Part shown: piece by piece, positions 1-13,486 of the stretch
How the letters are laid out: every line of letters begins with the position of its first letter
Numbering within the stretch: position 1 is the stretch's first letter
From: Adineta vaga
Taxonomy: Eukaryota; Animalia; Rotifera
Assembly (NCBI GenBank): GCA_021613535.1
Contig: CP075493.1
Location: 16,926,001 to 16,990,000 of the forward strand
DNA length: 64,000 nt
Direction of reading: 5' to 3'
Notes under the pieces: model-generated
Seen by the model: the letters and a program-made list of their open reading frames with translations, nothing else
Databases searched by the model: none
What the model was told of the DNA's origin: nothing
Program-made: the position numbers and the translations under genes

Positions 1-719
1 TAAAAGTGTCCACCAAATATTTCTGAAGGTGAGTGTAAGGGTAATGATCCACGTCTCTTTCTGGCCAGTGAACTCTTTGAACGACAAAACTATTCTTTGC
101 GATAGAAATCATACGAAATTATTGAATTATATATCATAAAATAATGAATATATATGAAATCACAGTAGTAAGTAAGCTGTCACAATTAGTTTTGCTCAAT
201 TACAAGAAACAGCGAACAAACGATGCACCCCGAATAGAAAAATTCGGAACAATGATAATTTTCACATCGATGCATAGGGTTTCATCAATATCTTATAATA
301 ATAAAATATTTTAACAGTAATACGAATGTTAAAATAATCGTGAGATTTCAAAGAAAATCTTCAATGGGCTCAAAACACATTTTAAGTACAAGATATTTTA
401 ATAAAATATAATACAAGATTTATCATGAACACGTCCAGCTATCGATTACTCTTGCATAGAGAAGGCTTGGAATCATGATGTTATAGAAAACCTTTTTTAC
501 TATAGAAAATTTAGTATTAAAATATTATTAAATCTGCTCCTGACATGAAGTTACTAGACTGACATAAGATTCCAACTACATTTTCGTCCATTCATCGATT
601 TCATCGATTTTCGCTTTGTAACTTTTCATTTTTGTTTGACGCGTGTAATTTTCTGTCAAATTCGAAAACGAAGATAAAAACAAACTAATCGATTTATAGA
701 AAACAACATAACATGTACA

Positions 720-1775
720 GGTCTTACAATAAGCTCTGAGACAGTTTGCGGTTTTTTTCATCCATCAACTTTTGTGCAAATAAAAATATATCGGTGTGAA
801 GCTAGTACGACGGAGCTAGCATGACGAAACAAAGATTTAGCTAAAACTTTTTTATAAAGTAAGTCCCATCCATAAAGACGAGTCCATTCGATGCAGAATT
901 TAATTCTGCATCGAATGGTGCTATAGGTTTTTTTCTCTTACATAAGAGGAAAATAAAGATGTAGGCAAAACTTTTCCCAAAGCTTGACCCGTGAATAAAA
1001 GTAGCACCATTCGATGCAGAATTAAATTCTGCATCGAATGGACTCGTCTTTATGGATGGGACTTACTTTATAAAAAAGTTTTAGCTAAATCTTTGTTTTG
1101 TCGTGCTAGCTTCACACCGATTAAAAAAAGTAGTACTGAAAAGCCAATAAAACCGAGTATAACTGATAGATCTTCGTGGTTACCATCGTGCAGAAGAAAT
1201 GCTTTCCACATGAAGATGTTTTGCTGAAAAATACTTTTGATCGTTAGAAAGATTTTTAGAGACTAGCAAAAAGACACAAGATATTGTTTTAAATCTAAAT
1301 AAATTTTGAAGAAGAGAAAGAACTGAACAAAATGAGACGTTCATGGGCGTTATAAACTCTTGTAGAAATGCGAGTTATAATAAAGAAGAAGAAGAAAAGC
1401 ATGTTTTATCTTCTTTTCACAAATAAAATAACTAAAAAAGTGTCAACCTGTATAGCTCTATTGTATACTACACTATTTTATACGCTATACAGTTCGTGAA
1501 CGTCTCATTTTGTTCAGTTCTTTCTCTTCTTCAAAATTTATTTAGATTTAAAACAATATCTTGTGTCTTTTTGCTAGTCTCTAAACATCTTTCTAACAAT
1601 CAAAAGTATTTTCCTGCAAAACGTCCTCATTTGGAAAGCATTTTATCTGCACAATCTTAATGACGAAGATGTATCAGTTATACTCAGTTTTTATGGGCTT
1701 TTCAATACTATTTTTATTCGCACAATAGTTGATGGATGGAAAAAACCGAAAACTGTCTCAGAAATTTTTGCAAGA
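720..1775. mobile_element. Foldback/MITE-like element with long TIRs, left TIR interrupted by a second MITE
   Basis: 1125-1343 is the reverse complement of 1497-1714 (inner ~85 bp identical, outer part diverged). 721-788 continues the match to 1715-1775. Confidence 0.7.
790..1121. mobile_element. MITE with ~120 bp TIRs (atcggtgtgaagctag... ends)
   Basis: 790-923 vs 1002-1121 are inverted; 831-923 matches 1002-1094 exactly. Each arm contains the near-palindrome attcgatgcagaatt(t/a)aattctgcatcgaat. Confidence 0.75.
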
Positions 1776-4310
1776 GGCGTTAAGTTGTAATTTATATTTC
1801 AACTAACGCGATACAATCCATTAAATCGGTTTTTCCTTGGAATCAGAGAATGTACGGTTCGAAGCTACTTAATAATCAGTATAAAGTTAGGCTTATATTT
1901 TGTTATTTTCGCTTGCTTTGGCGACAAAATTGTTAGTAATCATTTTAATTACAGATTTCCTACTAGCTTCCCGGTGAGAAATGAGTTTTGTCATTTTTCT
2001 CAACGAAAGACCGCTACATTTCTTGAAGTTTGGAAGCTAATGATGGCTTTCTACAGAATCAACTAAATTTTCTACATTTGCTTGATATGATGTTTATCGC
2101 TGTAGCTGATTTTGTACACACGTAAATTATTATCACGAGTAAATCTGCACTCACTCAGTTGAAAGTTTTCTATACAGTTCAGTTTTTTGTCGGCGGCTTC
2201 TATTACTTGCAACATACTCTCGGAATTTTGTCATTTGCATAGAATGTGCTAGTCATCCGTACGCATCTTCTAGTGTTTGGTAAGCGACAGCTAAACCAGT
2301 GAAATCAGCGACCTTATGCATATATTCTGAACTGAACTGATGATTTTCAACGGCTTGTTACTCGTCGTTATCTTCGATTTCGATACTATAGTTCGGACCA
2401 AAATCACTCACATCAGAAAATTAAATAGAATTATTTGCCTCTATCTGAAAACTGCCACTATTGGACACCTTCTTTTCTATACGATAAGCAGGTTGGCTCC
2501 GATCAATGCATCTTTTTCTGAGAAATTTATTCAATAAACACTTAACTTTTCTAATACCTTCTGATATATAAATATTGATGTAATAAAACTTGAAAGAACA
2601 AACTCGAAAATGTTCGAAAATGATAGAAGTATTTTGACATGAGAAAAGAACAGAAAAGAAAAAGGAAGAGATCGGAGTGGGATGTATTAGGAAATATGAA
2701 AAAAAACAACAAATATGTACATGAATCTATAGCAATAGAATATAGACAAGTATTTTTATTCTAATTCTTCAGTATAGTATTACACTATGATGTTATAACA
2801 GTAGGAAGTCTTGAAATATATTTGATTGAGAAGCACTGCAAGATGACAGATGCCATAATGAGGATGTTTTAATATGATGATTTGGGACTAAAATACTCTT
2901 TAAATCTAATGTTTCGAACAAATGTCTTAAGATTTATCTAAAACGAGGAAAATCATTATTAAGATTAATCGGTTTCTTTGAGCCAAAGATGTATGCAAGG
3001 GCGGTGGGAAGAGATAAAAAGCAGGGAAGTTATTTTGCAAAATGAGAGGAAATTTCAAACATCGCTTGTGAAATGAGGAACCACAACGATAATATATATA
3101 TATATACATAACAAAAAGGATTATATTATTTCACTTGTCCATTAGTGTATTTAATTAAAGGTATTTTTTGAAAAAACAAAAATATCTACAAGAACAGAAA
3201 TCAGCTAAATCCTACGACCAGTCTAAAATATACTTGCTATGAAATCGAACGAAATTAAAAATATACATCCTCATCAAAAGAGATCACGTTAGAGATCTTT
3301 TCTCTGAAAATGAGAAAAATTAATACCAGAAATGGCAGGAAAATACCACTTGAATTTTTTGAAAGCAGAAGCTCCCCTGTCTTCCCCTAGTCGTGCCGTT
3401 ACTGGACCGATGTATAAAAATGGAACATACCACGAGAATTATCTCTTCGAACTCTATAAACTGATCTTCATCTCATTTAAAACGGAGATTCCCACTTGGA
3501 TATCTTTTTCGTGAGTTTATGATGCCTACAGATAGAGAACTGCGTAGATTATGCGCAGACAACAAGACAAGTGCAACAACGTTTCTTATTGTTTTCAAAT
3601 AGAATCAGCCCGAAAACGTTTTGAACGCACTATATATAGCTTTGATTCATTTTGGCTTGAGCTATATTATATTAGTAGCCATCGTTATGCCTGAATTTTC
3701 TTGAATATTAGTATCACAGCTAATGTGTTACTCGTTTTTACTGATAAAATATTTTTTGTACACCTTTCTTTTGCTTCGTTCGTAATGTGCACATGCATTC
3801 ACTTTCGAAATTTTAGTTACACTTCACTGCTTTTCCTACGTTTAAAATCAACGTGTTGTACATAATTTCTATCGATATAACGACGATTGCAGTGTTATTT
3901 ATGCATACTTGCACTTTTTTTCTCATAATTTCATAGCTTCGATGGACAAATACGTTTCACGATTTGTTTAAAAAGAATAGTTATTGCCTCTACCATCATC
4001 GAATTCAATACAATAATTTAACATGCTGAATTCCAATAGAACAGCGAATCTGGGGCGGATTTGTTTTAAACAAACATGAATAACAATCAATATTTATCCA
4101 AAACGATGATAACAGAAGAAGAAAAAAAATACTATCGAACAAATGTGATTAATGTTCGAGAACCGACACTCGCCAAATAGATGTGTGTGTAAAAGGTATC
4201 AAGCACTAATCAAAGAACCGCCAAGAAACAACAACATTAACAATTTCAAAGATCATCTGAGCAAGAATGTTCTGAAATAGCGACACTTGCAGCTTCGAAT
4301 ATTCGTTGGA

Positions 4311-4635
4311 TATATCTAGTGTCCGTATATAGAATAGGTTGAAGACGGCACTGGCTACATCCGAGTGTCCGCACATAGAATAAGTTGAAGACGGCACTGG
4401 CTCCATCCGAGTGTCCGCACATAGATTGAGTTGAAGACGGCACTGGCTACATCCGAGTGTCCGCACATAGAATAAGTTGAAGACGGCACTGGCTACATCC
4501 GAGTGTCCGCACATAGAATAAGTTGAAGACGGCACTGGCTACATCCGAGTGTCCGCACATAGAATAAGTTGAAGACGGCACTGGCTACATCCGAGTGTCC
4601 GCACATAGATTGAGTTGACGACGGCACTAGATATA
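4311..4635. repeat. 46-bp minisatellite (~6.7 units) bounded by 11-bp inverted termini tatatctagtg/cactagatata
   Basis: Unit gtgtccgcacatagaataagttgaagacggcactggctacatccga repeated from 4319. Confidence 0.9.
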
Positions 4636-7600
4636 CTTCCATTCTTCTTCCAAATTGGTCGTGTTTATTGTGCTATGTTTATCACACACAATGTAAGTAG
4701 ATAATTTTATCATTGGTTATCCAATGTACCTCTTTATAGTACTGGGAAAGTCAATGTTGGTATCTCTTACATTTTGAATGAAACTCAAGTTGACATTCGT
4801 GGATACTCCTGGTATACAGATCATTACTGGAATATCGTGTGTTGTTGTTAGTTCTTAGATGACCAACATTTAATGCACGTCGGTGGTTTATTCTGAGAGA
4901 GGGTAAGTTCGTTTTCTTTATTTTGCTCTTGACATCTTTGGAACTGTTTTTGTCTGACGAAGAGAAAAGGAAAAACGTTGGTTGGAGTCTGTTTTTCGTT
5001 GTTCTAAAAATCCCACTTCATCCATCAAATATTGTATTCAATCGCATGAGTTCCGAATGATTATCCTTATTGCTGCGGAATTAAATATTTTTTTTGTTAG
5101 GTTACATCTGTTGAAGGATACGGAAGTTCACAAGCATTGACTGTATATTGCAGGTGAATACGAGAAGTGTGTGCATCGAAGACAAACTCTATTTTTTACA
5201 AATGTGAAAATAAACGGTGCTTTGTACACCGTAGATTAAGAGCATACTGTATTTTATCATCGTCTCAGATTCACGATATACTATCTTGCAATATACTATA
5301 CCGTCAGAACAGTTTTAGTGTTCTGAAAACGCAAGTGCACTCTAAAATCGGTCAGTATGTTTGGGCACCCGCCTGTTCACATGATAGCTCTTGAAAATAG
5401 AAACCCATTGCCACTAAACTTTACTGATCAGCTTTGTCTTTTCAATATCTTGATCGAGTTCGAAGATAAGAACAATCGGTCGTAAACTTGCTAACTTACA
5501 GAAAAAAAGTTCCCTATTTCCCTATATCTTTGCCCCATGGATAAAAGATCAAATATTAAAAAAACATATTTCCGAAGAAGCTAACTGTGAAGGTTTAATC
5601 GAAGATTTTACTATATACTGCAGTTGCCCTTGGATCGCCACGGGCTATACTATGGCGATAGTCTCACAATCCCCAGTGGTATACTTTAATAGTAATTTTG
5701 AGCTTCTCTTTCATTCTTAAGAGGCGAAGGCGCTTCTGTACGATAGGAGAAAGCTAGTCACACAAATAGAAACTATGGACCCTCAGTATACTCAGACTAT
5801 CGCTAAAAAATGGAACCTGCTTTCCTGGCCGAGATACAAAGTGCACTTTACGAATCTTATCCGATCTTTTAAAGGGCTGAAGAATACTTATTTTCATCTG
5901 AATTTTGCCTATAAGTAGACTGCATAATCGTCAACTCATTCTGAAACTTTTACGCAAAAGAAACGCTTCTTTCCTAAGATATTTGGCACGTAACAAAATC
6001 AACCAAATTGTGAAAAATTCTGTATCTCGAATAGGAAACGAACTTTGGTGCCGAAAATTTCAGGGCACTGTAAAGCCTATTACTCTATCTAATAATTGCT
6101 TAAAAATTAAATTTTTTTCCCAGTATAGTCTCCAAGATCCTCTTGATCCAGAAAAATATTGATTTTTTATTGCAATCATAACAATGCCCACTCTAATGAA
6201 CATTCGGCTTCCAAGGATTAAGTACTTGAGTGCTACAGAAGTGCATACTTAGAGATTATTGGGTTTTCATAAGCTGAAGTTTCGAAGAAAACAAAATTAT
6301 ATATATTAAGGCAATAAACGAGTGGATGAAACATTTATTACTAAACACCACTTTTTCATAAACGAACTATATTTTTGTGAAGTACGATGATATATAACTT
6401 GGGTTCGACAAGCAAAAGTGGTGTTTACCTGTGAAAGACTATTTAGCTCGACGGTCATCTTTTGGGCACATTCAAATACGCAGCGAGGTGTCATCCCGCA
6501 TGCAATTCAATCTTATTTTTCTAGAGAGTGCGAGGAAATTCAGTTTCAGATCAGATTACTTTCACTTTTTGAAGTATGCACAACACTTGAATTCTTATCG
6601 GAGTTTAGCACATTTTTATGGCCTATCAAAAATTATTTTAAAAATGTTCAATAATTGGTAGCATGCTCTGGAAACTGATAGAGGTTTTGACCAAACACAT
6701 ATAACATCATTAGCAAACTATGCTGAGTATAAGTTCACCTTCTTTGCCACTAAATCCTGATTCCATCACTAGAAAGCGTGAGTTTGAATAGATGAAGGCC
6801 AATGAGACACTCAGACCCACATCCTCACTGGCCACTTGCAGTCGGAGTTATCAACATCGGATAAGCAAAACAGGACATGCGATGGCTACAGATTCAAAAT
6901 CTCTAACCTCATTTCTCTATACATACCATATGCTACTGTACTTTGACATACGAAGTTCTCAATGTGGATGTTTATCAATCATTAGCGAGTATCTTCGCTA
7001 GTATACAATGAAACTTTTGGTGAGATACTTCATTGATCTCTGACCTCGTAAGACAGATATGAGTGGAAAAAGATATTATTTTGAGGGAACTAAGTAGACC
7101 CACAGTCGATCTCTTTCATGTTGGTGCTCAATAGAGCTATTGATCAGATAAATCTCGGCAAAAAAGTTTGATAACAATCAGTTTGTATTTTCGAGAGTAT
7201 TTATGTAAACGATCGGACATCCAAATTGATTTTAGAATCGGCCTCCTTTTCAACATACGAAAATGGCTAACGATATGTTAGATAACATGGTTTCATTTCT
7301 CTTTTTCCTTCGTTGCCCTCTATAGAAAGAAAAATGAAATATTTGATTGCGCGGACTGAAGAAATTGGAAAAATGAAATCGATGTGAAGCTAGCACGCCG
7401 AGAAAAACTATCCTATTGGTCATAAACAGATCGATAAAATATTCAAAATCATAAAACCTCATTATGGAAGTTAGGGAATGGATCTTCTTTCCCTAGCAAA
7501 ACTTCATAGAGAGGGAAAATGCTCACAAAAACTTAACATACTCTTGCCCATTTAATACTCGATGGATTTCTCTCGTATCCTTCAACCATAAGCAAATATG

Positions 7601-9763
7601 TCTTTGGCCGAGATAATAAATCATTCAATGCCGAATTCAATTCTCTATCGAACATTGTTACTCACAATCATCCGACAAACTACTCAACAGAGAAAAATTC
7701 GTATATTTTTTCTTGTATAACGTGTGCAAACGATATTCAATGACTGATTAGGAAAGACACTTTTCCCTTTATAGCGTCTTCCCATCGTCAACAACACTTT
7801 CACTCGATAGATAATTATATTCTGTATCGAATGAAGCTGTTGCGATGGACGGGAAAACATCTCATGCACATCTACCTTCCATTATTTCATTCATCTTGGT
7901 ACATATACGTATGTGTTCTGATGGATGATAAGGAAGAGGGAGAAAGAGAGAGAAAGTGTCTCTTCTCAGATTATATTTCTGTCGCTGACAGCACCTTTGA
8001 TTGATAGTGAATTTGATTTTGTATCTATTGATTGTACTCCTAATCAGGGGAGAACGTCAATAGAAAAGCAGAGATATTGTATTTTGTTTATATGAGATGG
8101 GAACGTGCAATGTGAAGTAATTGAATTGAAGAAAAATTTGAGTTTTAGAAGTTTTTCCGGTAATCTGATAGTGCTCAAAGCGATGAAGAATTGAATCGCG
8201 AATCGCCTGGAGTGTCATTTATGTGCTGATCGTACTCCGTTTGACTCTCTAAATCGATTTCAGTGAATCAGTAGTCGGATCAGGAAAGATTGGAGCGTTT
8301 GGGTTTGCACCAGGAATAGTATTTGGGTCTGATATTTCTGTGAGTTATTTCAGGAAACTGATTGAAATTAATAGGATAATGGTAGCTAAGAATTTTTGTT
8401 GGTATTCTATGGATTCGTTATGGTGAAATATGGATGCATTGCCATTGATCGATTGTTTTAGTAGATTCTGATTGATCATCGTGCTAGTTTCACATCGATC
8501 AAAAAGCATCAATATTTCAGTTATATCATAAGTTCGGCTGACGTAGTGTACAAGTTTTTCACTCTGTTCGCTTTCTTTTTGGCCACAAAATTGTATTCCC
8601 TCAAATATCCTGTCATATAGAGTAAAGCTTTCTTACAATTTAATCAATAATAAAAAAAATGAAGACGATTATTGATTTGTATCATTCTCATAGACAGGAT
8701 TTTTCTCTTTTTCTATCATTGTACTTTTTCAACAAACATACAGGCATACTTTAATACATACACTTTCTCTCTAGATGCAGTCAAAAATGAAGGTTATATG
8801 CAGCTCAACACTCACCCACACCCTCAACCAACATACGTATTTGTACGCAAGACACGTCTCTAGTTTTATGTACGTGTGCAACAGTGGTTTCGTATTATTT
8901 ATATTTTGAAGAATAAAGATAAATATGAGTGTGAGTGTGAGTGTGAGAACGTGGATTGCGAGTGCTCAATTACAGGTAAGTGCACTTCAGTCTGCGACTG
9001 ATGGCTCCACGAAAAAGTAGAAACATATATTTCTACTTTTAGTTGTAAAAGACATAGAGCACAGATTCCTTTAATGTTCTCTACCCATTCTACTTCTTTT
9101 CCTTCCTTTAATCCCATTATTCCTTTGAATCCTTTTGGTTCCGTTCTTCCCATTACTTCTTTTAGTCCGTTTAGCCAGTTAATAGACAAGCATCACCTTC
9201 ACATATGGAACTCTTCAGAGGGAAACACCGAAGGACGGGGCCGTCAATCGTCCCACTCACTTTTTGTCGTCGGAATCCTTTAGAAACTATATACACCGAT
9301 AGATTTCGATTCGGAGAACACTCCACAACGATTGTTGTTGTTTCCAACATACATATTTTAGCGCAAATTAGGTCTCACTTATATCTAGTGTTTCAGTGCA
9401 ATTTTCATAATTTTCCATATTCGATACTCGGCTTATGCATGCATATTTTGAAGGAATACTACTTGCACACTCACACAAAATTCAAAGAACAATGCCACCA
9501 TACACAATAATTCAGATTTGTCAGATTCTAAAGTAATACAAGTAAGTAACAGAGGTAGTTTCTCGAATTACCACCTCTTCATAGTCTCATAGGATGATTG
9601 ATAACCTAGCATTTGCACATTATCTCGAGAAAACAAAATACCTATTTCTGAAATTTCTACTGGAGTTACATCTCATATAGATCTTCAAACTCTGAAGAGG
9701 ATGTCACAGTCGACGAGGTTGGCCATTTGACATATAGTTGATTGTACTGTCTTTTAGACCATA

Positions 9764-10474
9764 CTAGCGGAGACACCCGCTGCAAAGAGGACGCAATTTA
9801 CGTTTTTCATCTACAACAGTGCTTTTCTCACCAAACAACGAACCTCTCCGTTGGTGTTTACCCGTCGTGTATCAGAAGATCCTCACACCCTCCTTTCCTG
9901 TCCTACCTTAGCTACTGTAATCCTTCAGGTCGCCATTCAGCGTGAGTTACCTGTCTTTCACATGTCTTTCTCCTCCGTACTGAAACCCTGCTATATCCCT
10001 TTTCGCGTCATGCGTCAGGTCTTTTTTTCAGAACTTTTCGCATCTCTTCATCAGTGCTTTCCTACTGGTCTTGCTTCGCTATACATACGACATACAGCTA
10101 TGTTCCTTTTAAATCTACACCCACTGTCCCGCTGCAACTACCACCTCTCGGTAGATCTACCTATTCTCAGACGCTCGCTGCAAGTCATTCTCTAGTTTAT
10201 AACCTTCGCTTCGACTCCACACAGGTAAAGTAGTCATTTCACTCCAGATTCAGTTTTTTCTGAGAACCCAAACCAGGCATTGCAGTTGTCCAGCTTGGAT
10301 GCAGACATCAACTACCCTCCCCTCATCCCTCGGTGACCATTCTAACCCCATGTCGACCTTTCTATGGACCTAGAGAAGCATTGTGGAAAGTCTGGGAATG
10401 TTATCTATTACAGGGACTGAATGCATCGCGAACAGACAGACAGACAAACAAACTTTCTTCTTTATATATAAAGA
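9764..10474 (-). mobile_element. Non-autonomous Helitron (711 bp)
   Basis: On the minus strand: A|TCtttatatataaag 5' end, (TGTC)n microsatellite, and a 3' hairpin agcgg-gtgtct-ccgct overlapping the terminal CTAG|T. Inserted at an AT site exactly where the 510-bp arm match stops. Confidence 0.8.
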
Positions 10475-10678
10475 TTTTGAAATGCTGCAATCCTACTGAT
10501 CAGTTTCATATATTGTCTGTAGCAAGCACAGGATTCATTGTTTTCGGAACAAAGTAGACGTCGACCTTCCCCTGGATGTAGAGACTATTTCTGGAAAGTT
10601 TCATTGCATTTGCTTGAACAGCCTTCAAATGCATAGCGAACATACAGAACAAGTAACGCTCGTTGGGCCGACTCACTG

Positions 10679-11292
10679 AACCCTCGACTGTGGAGGACGG
10701 GTATTTTCAGCTTGACTCAATAGTGAGATGAATTGATCTGGAAACTTAACCCTTTCTTGCCTTTGGCTAGACTTGACAGTTTGAAAGAGCAATTCGCATA
10801 GCAACATTAGCCTTCTGACCACCCATACTCGCTCGAAAAGTTTGAACCAGATCCGTCAAACGTCCATTTTAAGTATTCAACGAACACTAAAAACAATACT
10901 TTTATGATAAAAATAGGATTCAAATTATTGGTTTTAAGTCCACAATTGATAGGTTTTAAGTTGATATGAAATCGGTCTTTAAATGTCTCTTACTTCAAAA
11001 GAATCAAATTTTTATAAAGTGGACGCTATAGCGCCCAAAGGGCAGGAAAGGGTCAAAATACGAGAAATGGCTCTCATGTCATTTTTGAAATATGTATTAA
11101 CTCTCGAAAACAGAATATTCACTTTTTTTCGTTAAATCAATTTCACCCAACACCCATCTCTATACCCACATCCACGATTTCGGACGCCCTTTAACTGATT
11201 TCTTTTGTTGCCTTTGACCTTGACACAAACCCACAGACAAACAAACAAACAAACAAACTATTCTTTTTCATATGACTCTCCTTACAGTCGAC
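10679..11292 (-). mobile_element. DINE-1/HINE-like non-autonomous Helentron derivative
   Basis: One end reads tcgactgtaagga(g)..gtcatat followed by a (GTTT)n microsatellite. The other end has the inverted subterminal copy inside an accc...gggt hairpin. The same terminus occurs at 48557 and 51434. Confidence 0.55.
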
Positions 11293-11747
11293 GAACTATT
11301 AGACACATGTATTCAATATACACAAGGCATCGTGAACCATTTCCGATGAAGGCACGAAGAAACGAATGAGGCAGAAGTGCCGAATCTTCTGTGTGCGCTT
11401 ACCCTCGGCCGTGAAGGAAATTTCTCAAAAATTGGCTTACGTTAAGCAGGCAAATTCTTCGCCTCCAGTTCAACGTGAGCGAAAATCGCATAGAGTGAGT
11501 GAGACTGATGGTGTGAATGCAGGTGAGGGTAGCATATTTACATGTCAATCCCACCCATACCCTCAAAAAAACTTTTTTCCTAAACATAGCTGGATTCGTA
11601 ATGATTTATCCAATTCATACTCATAATTTTAATCAAGATTTTGTGAATGTATTCTTAGCAATAAAACACTTTCGAGTTCAGAAATTGCTAAAAAATAAGC
11701 AATGTGAGTTCCATACTTTAGCTCGAAAGGAGCTGCGCTCAGAAGCT

Positions 11748-12076
11748 TTTTGACAAGTTTTGACAGATTTCGGCCTACTTTGTCATACAAGTCCCATAAA
11801 CTAATAGCGTTCATTTCGACTTAGTTTTCATTACTAATCAAATCTGACTCAATTTTATCTTGCTTTCCACCATTCAATTCGAGTTTTATTCTAAATACGT
11901 TTCAGGCTGAGTCTTGAGGGGCAGCAAGTGGCAGTTTTTCTGCGAAAAACAAATATCGATAGCTGCACTTGTAACATAGTCAGATCGCCTCAGTTTTTAC
12001 TCTGATTTCATATACGCTATTAATTTAGAGGACTTGTATGACAAAGCAGGTCGAAATCTGTCCAAACTTGTTAAAA
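11748..12076. mobile_element. Small MITE with ~63 bp imperfect TIRs
   Basis: 11748-11810 is inverted relative to 12013-12076. Confidence 0.65.
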
Positions 12077-12683
12077 AAATATAGGAAATATGGTATAAAA
12101 AGTAGTACGATCAACTATATGTCAAGTAACTAAACCCGTAGACTATGACATCCTCTTCAGAGTTTGAAGATCTATATGAGATGTAACTCCAGTAGAAATT
12201 TCAGAAATAGGTATTTTGTTTTCTCGAGATAATATGCAAATGCTAGGTTATCAATCATCCTATGAGACTATGAAGAGGTGGTAATTCGAGAAACTACCTC
12301 TGTTACTTACTTGTATTACTTTAGAATCTGACAAATCTGAATTATTGTGTATGGTGGCATTGTTCTTTGAATTTTGTGTGAGTGTGCAAGTAGTATTCCT
12401 TCAAAATATGCATGCATAAGCCGAGTATCGAATATGGAAAATTATGAAAATTGCACTGAAACACTAGATATAAGTGAGACCTAATTTGCGCTAAAATATG
12501 TATGTTGGAAACAACAAAAATCATTGTGGAGTGTTCTCCGAATCGAAATCTATCGATGTATATAGTTTGTAAAGGATTCCGACGACAAAAAGTGAGTGGG
12601 CCGATTTACGGCCTTAAAGGTCTCTGTGCTTTGTTTTTGAACGTCATGAAATAGACGATAAAAGCGAACAAATTGACTGAGAG

Positions 12684-13486
12684 ATGTCTTTCCAATTGGA
12701 AGATCTCAAAGTTAATGAGTCATCTGGTATGATGAAAATTGAAGAAAAATCTTCCGAAATCTTTGAAGTAATTGATTCAAACTTAAGAAAGATTCTTGAT
12801 CACTTTCTTCGTGTACTTGATTTTAACAATATTAGAGAGACCAATCAAATTTTAAGTCAAGCTCGAATAATTGATGATTTAATTCAAAAATCACCATTTA
12901 TAACTATGCAAAATAAAGATCAATTCGTTCGGTTAGAATCAAGAGCAAAATATTCTACTCCAGCATTTGATTCAGTTTATGCTTGAACTGGTACGACTGC
13001 AGATGGGAATCGTTAATATAGTTCTCTTTCGATATACAATATTGGATCTGAAAAACTAATCCATTCGATCAGATTGTTGGCACTTGATGCAATGATGACG
13101 AATATTTCCGAACACATTCCAAATCATTGAACTATTCATTTGAAGAGCAGTTGAAAAGAATTGCTAAACATCCAACATGGGATAGAGAGGTTTAAATTCA
13201 TGCGCTTCCTATGGTTCTATCTTATCCTATCTATTCGTATATTGTTTAACAGCAATCCGAAAATAGACAATACATTTTATCGAATATTAGTCTACAAGAA
13301 TTAATCGATCGATTTAATAAAGGAACAGTAGGCGATCATTTAATATATATAGGATACAAATCCGACATAAATAAACTGGGACTTCGTGTTCATTACAACG
13401 GTACACATTATGATGCTCTTTTACCTTTACGAGATAATCCTCAACAGTTTGTACCGCACTTTGATATAGTTAACAAAAGTTTATAA
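12684..13486 (+). pseudogene. OTU-like cysteine protease pseudogene
   Basis: Reading through the stop gives YA*TGTTADGNR*YSSLSIYNIGSEKLIHSIRLLA (decayed GDGNCLY motif, catalytic Cys to Arg). HYNGTHYDALLP appears near 13391. Multiple stops and frameshifts. Confidence 0.7.

Larger units (their letters stand above)
2071..12598 (+). repeat. Left arm of giant (~10.4 kb) inverted repeat
   Basis: Reverse complement of 28803-39180. Mirrored ORF pairs give constant coordinate sums 41251, 41389 and 41401, and the steps equal 3x46 bp and 3x4 bp tandem-unit differences. Confidence 0.97.
9231..12632. mobile_element. TIR element with ~510 bp inverted arms (9252-9763 / 12089-12600), filled with nested insertions
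   Basis: Direct reverse-complement match, coordinate sum 21852. The same spurious ORF tail appears at 9205-9510 (+) and 12342-12524 (-). Confidence 0.8.

Noticed and set aside
4311-4635. CRISPR array
   Set aside because: The units are contiguous near-identical 46-mers with no unique spacers, there are no cas genes, and the context is eukaryotic.
11343-11389. Hammerhead ribozyme (ccgatga-ggcac...gtgcc-gaat)
   Set aside because: Both core boxes are mutated and no supporting stems are visible. At best a dead relic.
2071-12598. Short ORFs in the arms and their mirrors as genes
   Set aside because: No recognisable motifs, many non-ATG starts, and they lie inside repeats. Their duplication only reflects the inverted repeat.
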